Shown: piece after piece, positions 46,083-53,104 of the stretch
Layout of the letters: each line of letters starts with the position of its first letter
Position numbering within the stretch: the first letter of the stretch is position 1
Assembly (NCBI GenBank): GCA_037720745.1
Contig: JBBJNS010000002.1
Location: 1 to 53,104 of the forward strand
DNA: 53,104 nt
Direction: 5' to 3'
DNA from: Candidatus Limnocylindrales bacterium
GTDB lineage: Bacteria > Chloroflexota > Limnocylindria > Limnocylindrales > CSP1-4
Position numbers and translations under genes: made by a program
The notes under the pieces: generated by a model
What the model was told of the DNA's origin: nothing
What the model saw: only the letters and a program-made list of their open reading frames with translations
The model's database searches: none

Positions 46083-47165
46083 CTAGAAGCGCTCCAGGAA
46101 GCGCAGGTCGTCAGCCAGGAAGACGCGCAGGTCGCTGATGCCGAAGCGCAGCATGGCGATGCGGTCCACACCCATGCCGAAGGCGAAGCCCTGGTAGCGC
46201 TCTGGGTCGATGCCGCCATTGCGCAGCACCACGGGATGGACCATGCCCGCGCCCAGGATGGTCATCCAGCCACTGCGACCGCAAGCCGGACAGCCCGTCC
46301 CCTCGCACGAGACGCACGCGATATCGAAGGCTACCGAAGGCTCTGTGAAGGGGTAGTAGCCCGGGCGGAAGCGGGTGGCTCGATCGGCACCGAACATGGC
46401 GTGGGCGAACTCATCGAGCAGACCGCGCAGGTGGGCCATCGATGTGCCTTCGTCCACCATCAGCCCTTCCACCTGGAAGAACTCCGATCCATGGCTCGCG
46501 TCGACCGCCTCGTAGCGGAAGCACCGGCCGGGCGTCAGCACTCGCATGGGCGGTGACATCTCGCGCATCGCGCGGATCTGGCCGGGTGAGGTGTGGGTGC
46601 GCAGCAACAGGCGCGCGGTGTCCTGGCTCTGTTCCCCGTCCGTACCCTCCGGGCCGGCCGACGGTCTGACGTAGATGGTGTCCCACAGGTCGCGCGCGGG
46701 GTGGTCGGCCGGGATGTTGAGTGCCTCGAAGTTGAGCTCGTCCGTCTCCACTTCCGGGCTCTCGTATACGACGAAGCCATAGCGACCGAAGAACCGTGCG
46801 ATCTCACGCTCGGTCTCTACCAGCGGATGCAGCGACCCTCGACGCAGCGGGCGCCCGGGCAGGCTGACGTCCAGCCGCTCGCCGGCCAAGCGCACTTCCA
46901 GGGCGATCGATCCAAGGCGCTCACGTCGAAGCGCTACGGCGCCTTCCAGCTCCTCACGGATGGGATTGGCCAGGGCACCGACGCGCGGGCGGTCCTCCGG
47001 CGGGAGCCCGCCGATCCCGCCGAGGAGCGCCCGAAGTTCGCCCTTGCGTCCGAGGAAAGTCGCCTCGACCCCTTCCAGGCTGGGCGGATCGGCCGTCGCG
47101 GCGACGGCCTGTAGCGCTCGTTCGCGGAGCGCGGAGAGCCGGGCGGCGAAGGCCTCCAGGTCCAC
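46083..47165 (-). CDS. pheS: Phenylalanine--tRNA ligase alpha subunit
   Basis: ..HPARDLWDTIY.., ..RTHTSPGQIR.., ..FRYEAVDASH...FFQVEG.., ..GFAFGMGVDRIAMLRFGI.DLR.F. Confidence 0.95.
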   Translation of the reverse strand: MDLEAFAARLSALRERALQAVAATADPPSLEGVEATFLGRKGELRALLGGIGGLPPEDRPRVGALANPIREELEGAVALRRERLGSIALEVRLAGERLDVSLPGRPLRRGSLHPLVETEREIARFFGRYGFVVYESPEVETDELNFEALNIPADHPARDLWDTIYVRPSAGPEGTDGEQSQDTARLLLRTHTSPGQIRAMREMSPPMRVLTPGRCFRYEAVDASHGSEFFQVEGLMVDEGTSMAHLRGLLDEFAHAMFGADRATRFRPGYYPFTEPSVAFDIACVSCEGTGCPACGRSGWMTILGAGMVHPVVLRNGGIDPERYQGFAFGMGVDRIAMLRFGISDLRVFLADDLRFLERF

Positions 47166-47194
47166 CGGGCGCGCGAGACGTGCTGACCGGCCGG

Positions 47195-47545
47195 TCAGCC
47201 GGCCTTCGCGACCTCAGCGATGCGCGCGAACGTGAACGGGTCGCGCACGCAGATATCAGCCAGCACCTTGCGGTCGAGCGTGACGCCGGCCTTCTTCAGC
47301 CCGTTGATGAGCCGGCCGTAAGTCAGGCCCTCCTCTCGAGCCGCCGCGTTGAGCCGCATGATCCATAGGGCACGCATCTGGCGCTTGCGCTGCTTGCGGC
47401 CGGCGTAGGCGTAGGCCATCGCGTGAAGCTGCGCTTCGCGCGCCGGCTTGATCAGCTTGGAGCGCGTGCCGCGACGGCCCTCGGCCGACTTGAGCAGCCG
47501 CTTGTGACGCTTGTGTGCGGCGACGCCGCGCTTGACTCGTGCCAT
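47195..47545 (-). CDS. rplT: 50S ribosomal protein L20
   Basis: MARVKRGVAAHKRHKRLLK.AEG.RG.. Full length. Confidence 0.97.
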   Translation of the reverse strand: MARVKRGVAAHKRHKRLLKSAEGRRGTRSKLIKPAREAQLHAMAYAYAGRKQRKRQMRALWIMRLNAAAREEGLTYGRLINGLKKAGVTLDRKVLADICVRDPFTFARIAEVAKAG

Positions 47546-47560
47546 GACGCTGAGGCGCTC

Positions 47561-47758
47561 CTAGAGGTACGGCAACAGGCGCCGGACCTGCTCCGTGTGC
47601 GTGGGGTTCAAGATGGCCTTGCCGGCGTAGCGGCGGGTCCGGCGCGACGACTTGATCTGCAGGTGGTGGCCCTTCCATGCCCGGACGCGATAGACCTTGC
47701 CACTGCCAGTGACGCCGAAACGCTTCGCCGTCGCCTTGTGGGTCTTCATCTTGGGCAC
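47561..47758 (-). CDS. rpmI: 50S ribosomal protein L35
   Basis: MPKMKTHKATAKRFGVTGSGKV.R..A.K.H. Confidence 0.95.
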   Translation of the reverse strand: MPKMKTHKATAKRFGVTGSGKVYRVRAWKGHHLQIKSSRRTRRYAGKAILNPTHTEQVRRLLPYL

Positions 47759-47763
47759 GGTGC

Positions 47764-48489
47764 CTAACCTCCTGCCGGCTCGGCGGCCGGTACGCGTTCC
47801 TGATCGATGGGGGCCGGTCTTGCGACCGGGGCCGCCTTGGCCTTGACGGCGGCCGGCGGGGGGCCCGTCTGGATCGTAGGTTCTGCTAGGCCGGAGGATC
47901 CGTCAGTCTCGCTGGGGGCCACCGGCGTGGCAGGCACCTCGTCGGCTTCGGGCCGACCGACGGGTTCGTGGCTCTTGGGCTTGTGCAGCGATGTCACGAC
48001 CATCGACATCGACTTGCCTTCCAGCACTGGCGGACGTTCCACCGTGCCGTGATCCTTGATCAACTCTCCGAAGCGTATGAGCAGGTCCCGCCCGATGTAG
48101 GCGTGGCTCACTTCCCGGCCCCGGAACCGACAGGTGACCTTGACGCGGTCCCCTTCCTCGAGGAATTGGATGGCGCGCCGGACCTTGGTGTCGAAGTCGC
48201 CCTTGCCGATCTTGGGCGCGATGCGGATCTCTTTGAACTCGACCGAGCGTTGGTGGCGCCGGGCCTCCTTGTCTCGACGGGCCTGCTCGTACTTGAACTG
48301 GCCGTAGTCGAGGAGCCGAGCCACCGGCGGGACGGCCATCGGTGCGACCTCGACGAGGTCGTACCCCCGGTCTTGCGCCAGTCGGAGGGCGTGGCCCGTG
48401 GGCATGACCCCCATCTGACTTCCCTCTTCATCGACGACCCGTAGTTGGGGTACACGGATCATCTCGTTGATGCGCAGGTCTCGACTCAG
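47764..48489 (-). CDS. infC: Translation initiation factor IF-3 with a roughly 75-aa Pro/Ala-rich C-terminal extension. The start codon is uncertain.
   Basis: ..RINEMIRVPQLRVVDEEGSQMGVM..ALRLAQDRGYDLVEVAP...PPVARLLDYGQFKYEQ.. In-frame start candidates are CTG 48489 (6 nt after GAGGGA), ATC 48471, ATG 48462 and TTG 48537. The last is the ORF-track start but sits inside the U-tract of the upstream hairpin. IF-3 genes commonly use unusual starts. Confidence 0.8.
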   Translation of the reverse strand: MSRDLRINEMIRVPQLRVVDEEGSQMGVMPTGHALRLAQDRGYDLVEVAPMAVPPVARLLDYGQFKYEQARRDKEARRHQRSVEFKEIRIAPKIGKGDFDTKVRRAIQFLEEGDRVKVTCRFRGREVSHAYIGRDLLIRFGELIKDHGTVERPPVLEGKSMSMVVTSLHKPKSHEPVGRPEADEVPATPVAPSETDGSSGLAEPTIQTGPPPAAVKAKAAPVARPAPIDQERVPAAEPAGG

Positions 48490-48535
48490 GCTGGATCCCT
48501 CATGCGTTCGTTGGGTTGGGCTCGTTCGGGCCCAC

Positions 48536-48563
48536 AAAAACAGGAGCCACGGTGGGTCGTGGC
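48536..48563 (-). terminator. Intrinsic terminator-like hairpin (or infC-leader attenuator)
   Basis: The minus strand reads GCCACG-ACCCAC-CGTGGC, followed by UCCUGUUUUU. It lies 45 nt after the upstream lipoprotein-like gene's stop and immediately upstream of infC. Confidence 0.55.
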
Positions 48564-48607
48564 CGAAGCGGGACTATAGCACGGGCGTTCGGAGGCTGCG
48601 AGGGGTC

Positions 48608-49900
48608 TCAGGGCAGCGGCCCCGCCGCCAGCCACCAGGCATAGAGGTCCGCGAACGACCCGTCCACGGCCTGCGCCTGACCCATGATCCGACTTCGCTC
48701 ATCGGTCCAGTAGAGCGTGGCAACGCCGTCGTCCAAGACACACAGGAGGCGACCCGCCTCCGTGGCGTCGACGGTATAGGGGCCCTCGCTGGCTTCGGAC
48801 TGGCAGCCGCTGCCGGTAGCCTCAGTATGCTCCTCAACGAGCTCATCGTAGTCCGCGGTCATGGCTGCTACGTCGCCATACTGGAGATAAACCGCAAGCG
48901 GCACGTCCGACGTGCCGCAGTCGACGGCGATGTCGGCCGCGCTGTCCAGCCGATCCACGATCCGGCACTGGTCACGCAGTCCTTCGGGCACGTGCAGCAG
49001 GAGCGCCTCCAGCGCGGGGTCCCCACTGACCGGCAGCGAGGGCCCCGGTGCGTCCGCCGCTACCAGACCGACCATCACCCGGAAGTCGTCACCGGTCATC
49101 ACCGAGCCGTCGGCGCCGCCGCCCGACTCGACGTAGAAGCCACCGCGCAGGAAGCTGACGAACCCGCTCGGGTCCGCGGCGCTGGCCACGACACGTTCGC
49201 CCACGCTGAGGCTCACGCGGGGCGTGCCCCCGGCCTCCGTCCCCGCGCACGAGAGGACGAGGTCGATGGGCTGACCACTGGTGACCTCGGGAAGCGGCGT
49301 GTCGTCGCGCAGCAGGACCGTGGCCTGACCGCTCACCACGCGCAGCAGGACCGTGCCACCGGTGCCGTCGAGCAGTCCTGCGTAGAAATCGTCGTTGCTC
49401 CGGCCGCAGGTCAGGCCGTGGAAGCCCTCCAGTGCCGGTCCCGGCCGCTCGATGCGTGCCTCGATATCGACCAGCGGCCAGTCGCCGAAGCCACGCATGG
49501 TCCAGGTCGAGCGTCCGGGACCCTTGACCTCGACGATCAGTCGTCCCTCCTCGTAAGCCACTCGGTGGTGCTCGAAGTCACCTGTCTGGAAGCCGCTGCG
49601 TCGATTCGCCATGTCGTCGCGGATGACCTCGAGGTACGTGCCCACCTGGCCCCCTGGTGAAGTCGGGGATGCCGAGGCTGCGGGCGAAGCCGACGTGCTC
49701 GGAGCCGTCGAAGGGTCCGGTCGCATGGTCGTCGACGGCCGCGGCGACGGCCGAGGCGTAGGCAGCGCTGGAGCGGCTACCGACGGCTCGATCGAGGGCA
49801 AAGGCTCCATCGGTGCCGTGGTAGGCACCACCACGGACGTGCAAGCGAGGCACAGAGCGCACAGGCCGAGCACGACCGAGATGAGACGCGCGGCTTTCAT
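48608..49900 (-). CDS. Secreted (lipobox-like) hypothetical protein: PS/PT linker, a jelly-roll-like domain paralogous to the neighbouring gene, and a C-terminal 4-Cys domain
   Basis: Start set to ATG 49900 (MKAARLISVVLGLCALCLAC..). The linker is ..PALPTPRPSPRPS..ASPAASASPTSP. The domain shares ..CG...DDF..GL.. and ..L.L.C.GT.AG...R..L.V.G.. with the 49920-50837 product. The C-terminus has 4 Cys and ..TLYWTDERSRIMGQA..LYAWW. Confidence 0.75.
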   Translation of the reverse strand: MKAARLISVVLGLCALCLACTSVVVPTTAPMEPLPSIEPSVAAPALPTPRPSPRPSTTMRPDPSTAPSTSASPAASASPTSPGGQVGTYLEVIRDDMANRRSGFQTGDFEHHRVAYEEGRLIVEVKGPGRSTWTMRGFGDWPLVDIEARIERPGPALEGFHGLTCGRSNDDFYAGLLDGTGGTVLLRVVSGQATVLLRDDTPLPEVTSGQPIDLVLSCAGTEAGGTPRVSLSVGERVVASAADPSGFVSFLRGGFYVESGGGADGSVMTGDDFRVMVGLVAADAPGPSLPVSGDPALEALLLHVPEGLRDQCRIVDRLDSAADIAVDCGTSDVPLAVYLQYGDVAAMTADYDELVEEHTEATGSGCQSEASEGPYTVDATEAGRLLCVLDDGVATLYWTDERSRIMGQAQAVDGSFADLYAWWLAAGPLP

Positions 49901-49919
49901 CGAAGCCAGCGGCGCCGTG

Positions 49920-50837
49920 TCAGGGACTGGGGTCCGGCGATCCCGCTGGGCTCGGCGAGGCGGCGCTCGGGGCGTCACCTCCGGACACGGCCGCATCATC
50001 GAACGTGGCCGCGTAGCCCACCTCATCAGCGAAGGCGTAGGCGCCCACCCGATCGAACGAATCGATGCCGGTGTCTCGCTCCAGCGTGACCGCCTCCTGG
50101 CCGTCGACCAGCAGCCGCAGACGCATGGCACCGGCGGAGGTGCCGGAGCACTCGACGCTCAGCAGGTGAGGCAGGGCAGGGTCGATGCCCTCCGGAAGCG
50201 GCCCGCGATCGAGCGCCGACGAGGTCGAGTCGGTGATGTCCACGACCACCCATTCTCCCGACGAGTGGATGAGCCCGCCGATGAATCGGTCGTCCGCGGA
50301 GCCGCACAACCAGCCCGCCGCGCCGGCGCCCGACGTGGTCACCCTCCCCTCCGTCCGAACGACCTCGAGCCTCTGCTCAGGTTCGACGGCGCGCCAGCTC
50401 CACAGGCTGTGGCGGGCGACGCTCAGATCGATGCGCAGCGCACCGTCGGCGTAGGCCACTGATCCGGACGGTTCGGCGCTGGCGCCCCAGAGCGGGCTCG
50501 TGGCGTTGCTGAAGTCGTCACGGAAGAGGAGCTGGCCGACCGGCGGGGCGGGGCTCGGCGTGGCACTGGGCGACGCGCTGACCGAAGGGCTCGGGGCGAC
50601 GCTGGGCGTGGGTCTCGGCGTGGGGCTCGGCGTGGGGCTCGGCGTGAGAGGCGGTTCGAGAGATGGGCTGTCACTCGGGCTGGGAGGCGCAAGGGCACTG
50701 GCTGAAGCTGCGCCGCTGCCTTCGGGTGCCGGGTCAACGACCGGGTCGCTGGCACAGGCGGCGGCAAGCAGGACACTGGCCATGGCGGCCGCTGCCATAG
50801 CTCCCAGCGATCTCAGGGTACTCACGATGCCGGGCAT
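49920..50837 (-). CDS. Secreted lipoprotein-like hypothetical protein, paralog of the adjacent gene (PS/PT linker + jelly-roll-like domain)
   Basis: MPGIVSTLRSLGAMAAAAMASVLLAAAC.., long PSPSxSP linker, then ..LLFRDDFSN..LWG..YADGALRI.. It loosely recalls LamG/DUF1080-type beta-sandwich proteins, from memory. Confidence 0.75.
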   Translation of the reverse strand: MPGIVSTLRSLGAMAAAAMASVLLAAACASDPVVDPAPEGSGAASASALAPPSPSDSPSLEPPLTPSPTPSPTPRPTPSVAPSPSVSASPSATPSPAPPVGQLLFRDDFSNATSPLWGASAEPSGSVAYADGALRIDLSVARHSLWSWRAVEPEQRLEVVRTEGRVTTSGAGAAGWLCGSADDRFIGGLIHSSGEWVVVDITDSTSSALDRGPLPEGIDPALPHLLSVECSGTSAGAMRLRLLVDGQEAVTLERDTGIDSFDRVGAYAFADEVGYAATFDDAAVSGGDAPSAASPSPAGSPDPSP

Positions 50838-50893
50838 CCTACGCTGCCGCAGCGATTCGTCGGCTGTCGGCGGCTATGACTGCGGGCGCCGTG

Positions 50894-52744
50894 TCAGTCG
50901 GGGCGGCGCGCGTCCGCCTCCGCCTTCAGTCGGTCAGCCAACCCGTCCCAATCCTGTGGCGGCTGCTGTTCGCCGGCGCGTGTCCGGGGAGCGGCCGTGC
51001 GCGCCTCGATCTCGCGATCGCCCAGCACCAGCATGTAGGGCACCTTCTGCTCTTGCGCCAGGCGGATCTTGTTCTGCATCCGGTTGGAGGACTCGTCCAC
51101 CTCGACGCGGATGCTCCGCGAGCGCAGGACCTCGGCGAGCTCCGTGGCAGCTTCGATGTGCCGGTCGGCGATAGGCACCACGACAGCCTGCACCGGCGCG
51201 CACCAGAAGGGGAAGGCGCCCGCGAAGTGCTCCGTCAGCACGCCGATGAAGCGCTCCAAAGAGCCGTAGATGGCGCGATGGATGGCCACCGGCCGCTGCT
51301 CCTCCCCGTTCTCGTCGACGTAGGTGAGGTCGAAGCGCTCGGGCAGCATCACCAGGTCGACCTGGATGGTGGCCGTCTGCCATTCGCGGCCAAGGGCGTC
51401 CTCGATCTGGATGTCGATCTTGGGCGCGTAGAAGGCGCCGTCCTTCTCCTTGACGCGGTAGTCCACGCTGGAGCGCTCGAGCGCTTCGCGGATGAGCGAT
51501 TCGGCACGTTCCCAGGCTGCGGGATCGCCCAGGGCCTTGTCGGGTCGCGTGCCGAAGGTCAGTCGCGGCCTCAGGCCGAACCAGTCGTAGGCCTCCGTCA
51601 CTTCGCCCAGCAGCGCCTCGATCTCGACGCCGATCTGGTCGGGACGGACGAAGATGTGGGCGTCGTCCGTCACGAAGTGGCGCACCCGAGTCAGGCCAGA
51701 GAGGGTTCCGGAAAGCTCGTTGCGGTGCAGCTCTCCGTACTCGGCCAGACGGAGTGGCAGATCTCGGTAGGAGCGCGTCCGGCTGCGGTAGATGAAGGTG
51801 CTCTCGGGACAGTTCATGGGCTTGAGGCTGTACGTCTGTCCCTCCGAGTCGAGCTTGAACATGCTCTCGTTGTAGAGCGCCCAGTGGCCCGACTGCTCCC
51901 ACAGCTTCTGGTGGACCAGCAAAGGGGTGCTGATCTCCTGGTAGCCGCGGCGCTCCTGCAACTCTCGGATGGCGCCTTCCAGCGTTCGATAGAGTCGCCA
52001 GCCCTTGGGGTGCCAGAAGGCCGAGCCGGGACTGACGTCGTGGAAGCTGAACAGGTCGAGCTGGAGACCCAGGCGCCGATGATCGCGCTTCTTGGCCTCC
52101 TGGCGGCGCCACAGGTACCGGTCCAGCTCCTCCTGCGTGGCCCATACCGTGCCGTAGATGCGCTGCAGCATGGGGCGGTCGTTGTCGCCACGCCAGTAGG
52201 CGCCGGCCACGCTCAGCAGCTTGAAGGGACCGATGGCGCCCGTGGAGGGGACGTGCGGTCCGCGGCAGAGATCGACGAAGGGGCCGTGCTCGTAGGTCGA
52301 GACCTCCGGTGGGGACTGGCCTGCTGCGTCGGCGGCCGTGCGCAAGTCGTCCAGGATCTCGACCTTGTAGGGCTGGCCGAGCTCCTCGAAGTAGGCACGC
52401 CCTCGGTCCGGGTCCAGTACCTTTCGAACGAAAGCGTGGTTCGCGGCCACCGAGGCGGCCATACGCTCCTCGACGCGCCCCAGATCCTCAGGCGTGAGCG
52501 GGCGCGCGAGCTGGAAGTCGTAGTAGAAGCCGCCCTCGATGGCTGGGCCGATGCCCAGCTTGGTGCCCGGGAAGAGATCCATCACGGCCTCCGCCATGAC
52601 GTGCGCCGCGGAGTGACGCATCGGGTCGAGGGGATCGCCGGTGAGCGCCTCGAGCATCTCGTCGGCGGAGCCCTTGGCGGGCACCACGAAGTCGTGCTCG
52701 TCGTGTTCCGCCTGCGCCTGGCCGGATCGCTGCTGGTCATTCAT
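50894..52744 (-). CDS. thrS: Threonine--tRNA ligase, apparently without the N-terminal TGS domain
   Basis: ..MRHSAAHVMAEAV..GPAIEGGFYYDF.. (editing domain), ..YWRGD..MLQRIYG.., class II motifs, ..PVQAVVVPI.. anticodon-binding domain. Only 42 residues precede the RHSxAH motif. Confidence 0.95.
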   Translation of the reverse strand: MNDQQRSGQAQAEHDEHDFVVPAKGSADEMLEALTGDPLDPMRHSAAHVMAEAVMDLFPGTKLGIGPAIEGGFYYDFQLARPLTPEDLGRVEERMAASVAANHAFVRKVLDPDRGRAYFEELGQPYKVEILDDLRTAADAAGQSPPEVSTYEHGPFVDLCRGPHVPSTGAIGPFKLLSVAGAYWRGDNDRPMLQRIYGTVWATQEELDRYLWRRQEAKKRDHRRLGLQLDLFSFHDVSPGSAFWHPKGWRLYRTLEGAIRELQERRGYQEISTPLLVHQKLWEQSGHWALYNESMFKLDSEGQTYSLKPMNCPESTFIYRSRTRSYRDLPLRLAEYGELHRNELSGTLSGLTRVRHFVTDDAHIFVRPDQIGVEIEALLGEVTEAYDWFGLRPRLTFGTRPDKALGDPAAWERAESLIREALERSSVDYRVKEKDGAFYAPKIDIQIEDALGREWQTATIQVDLVMLPERFDLTYVDENGEEQRPVAIHRAIYGSLERFIGVLTEHFAGAFPFWCAPVQAVVVPIADRHIEAATELAEVLRSRSIRVEVDESSNRMQNKIRLAQEQKVPYMLVLGDREIEARTAAPRTRAGEQQPPQDWDGLADRLKAEADARRPD

Positions 52745-53026
52745 GGTGTTGCCTCCTGGGAATCACAGAACCCCTCGTCCATCTGACAGGACGAGAGGCT
52801 CAGCTCCCGCGGTCCCACCCGCCTTCGTCGCTCCTCCGGACGTGTGCCGGTCCGCGCGACGCTCTTCGTGGGCCGCGCTAACGGGCGACTCCCGGGCCGG
52901 TTCACCGGCCGCTCACGGGTGGTGCGATGGTCGGTCCCTGTCGCCTCGGGCTTCCAGCCGATGGCCCTGGCTCTCTGTGATGGGTGCCGACCTCGCGCGT
53001 CCCGCTCGACGCGTTGGCTTTATGGG
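52745..53026 (-). promoter_or_regulatory. T-box riboswitch leader of thrS (candidate Thr ACC specifier)
   Basis: All elements are on the minus strand. T-box sequence GGGUGGGACCGCGGG (52820-52806). F-box-like CCGUUA (52884-52879). AGAGAG box (52976-52971). Terminator CCUCUCGUCC-UGUCAGAU-GGACGAGGGG (52798-52771) followed by UUCUGUGAUU. An alternative antiterminator pairs GACGAAGG with CCU(C)UCGUC. ACC followed by A lies at 52923-52920. SD AGGAGG precedes the thrS ATG. Confidence 0.8.
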
Positions 53027-53103
53027 TGGTGGGCGACACTGGACTCGAACCAGTGACCTCTTGCATGTCAAGCAAGTGCTCTAACCAGCTGAGCTAGCCG
53101 CCC
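53027..53103 (-). tRNA. tRNA-Val (anticodon GAC), CCA encoded
   Basis: The minus strand reads GGGCGGCTAGCTCAGCTGGTTAGAGCACTTGCTTGACATGCAAGAGGTCACTGGTTCGAGTCCAGTGTCGCCCACCA. It folds as a cloverleaf by hand: 7-bp acceptor stem with one G-U, D arm GCTC/GAGC, anticodon stem CTTGC/GCAAG with loop TTGACAT, T arm ACTGG/CCAGT with TTCGAGT loop. Confidence 0.93.
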
Positions 53104-53104
53104 G

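Overview
High-GC bacterial chromosomal window of 53.1 kb. It is densely packed, with many 1-4 nt start/stop overlaps, and is dominated by core housekeeping genes, mostly on the minus strand.

Main content:
- hflX and miaA-miaB.
- An RNA-metabolism block: PHP phosphoesterase, ymdB, rny.
- recX and recA, tgt, ruvA-ruvB, ruvC-yebC.
- An EF-G paralog.
- A complete histidine biosynthesis cluster: hisA lies divergent from a TrpR/YerC-like gene followed by hisG-D-C-B-H-F-IE.
- tyrS, a class A PBP, mutS2, mpg, cvpA, pheS-pheT, infC-rpmI-rplT.
- thrS with a T-box leader, and tRNA-Val(GAC).

The gene order (rny-ymdB, cvpA...mutS2, T-box thrS, infC-rpmI-rplT-pheST) is Firmicute-like despite the GC content. 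Together with a two-subunit aconitase-X pair this would fit a Chloroflexota/Thermomicrobia-like or other deep high-GC lineage. That placement is inference only.

Coordinates include the stop codon, as in the ORF track. Many starts were moved inward from the ORF-track maximum using homology, Shine-Dalgarno spacing and neighbouring stops.

I found no CRISPR array, no intact mobile element and no convincing multi-gene defence or otherwise novel system. This looks like an ordinary core region with a few small accessory or odd spots. The best leads are:
1. An 18-bp perfect palindrome resembling the E. coli trp operator, in the AT-rich divergent promoter between hisA and the TrpR-like gene/his operon.
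2. Two perfect 33-bp direct repeats, each a hairpin with a CCCGGG loop, in a convergent intergenic region.
3. Two paralogous secreted proteins wedged between thrS and infC.
4. Several small unannotated ORFs with coding-like GC3: upstream of isocitrate lyase, upstream of recA, between recA and recX, and a coupled pair at the window start.
5. A decayed vapBC module abutting the mutS2 stop.
6. An EF-G paralog lacking the catalytic histidine.

All family assignments come from reading the translations and from memory of conserved motifs. No database search was possible.
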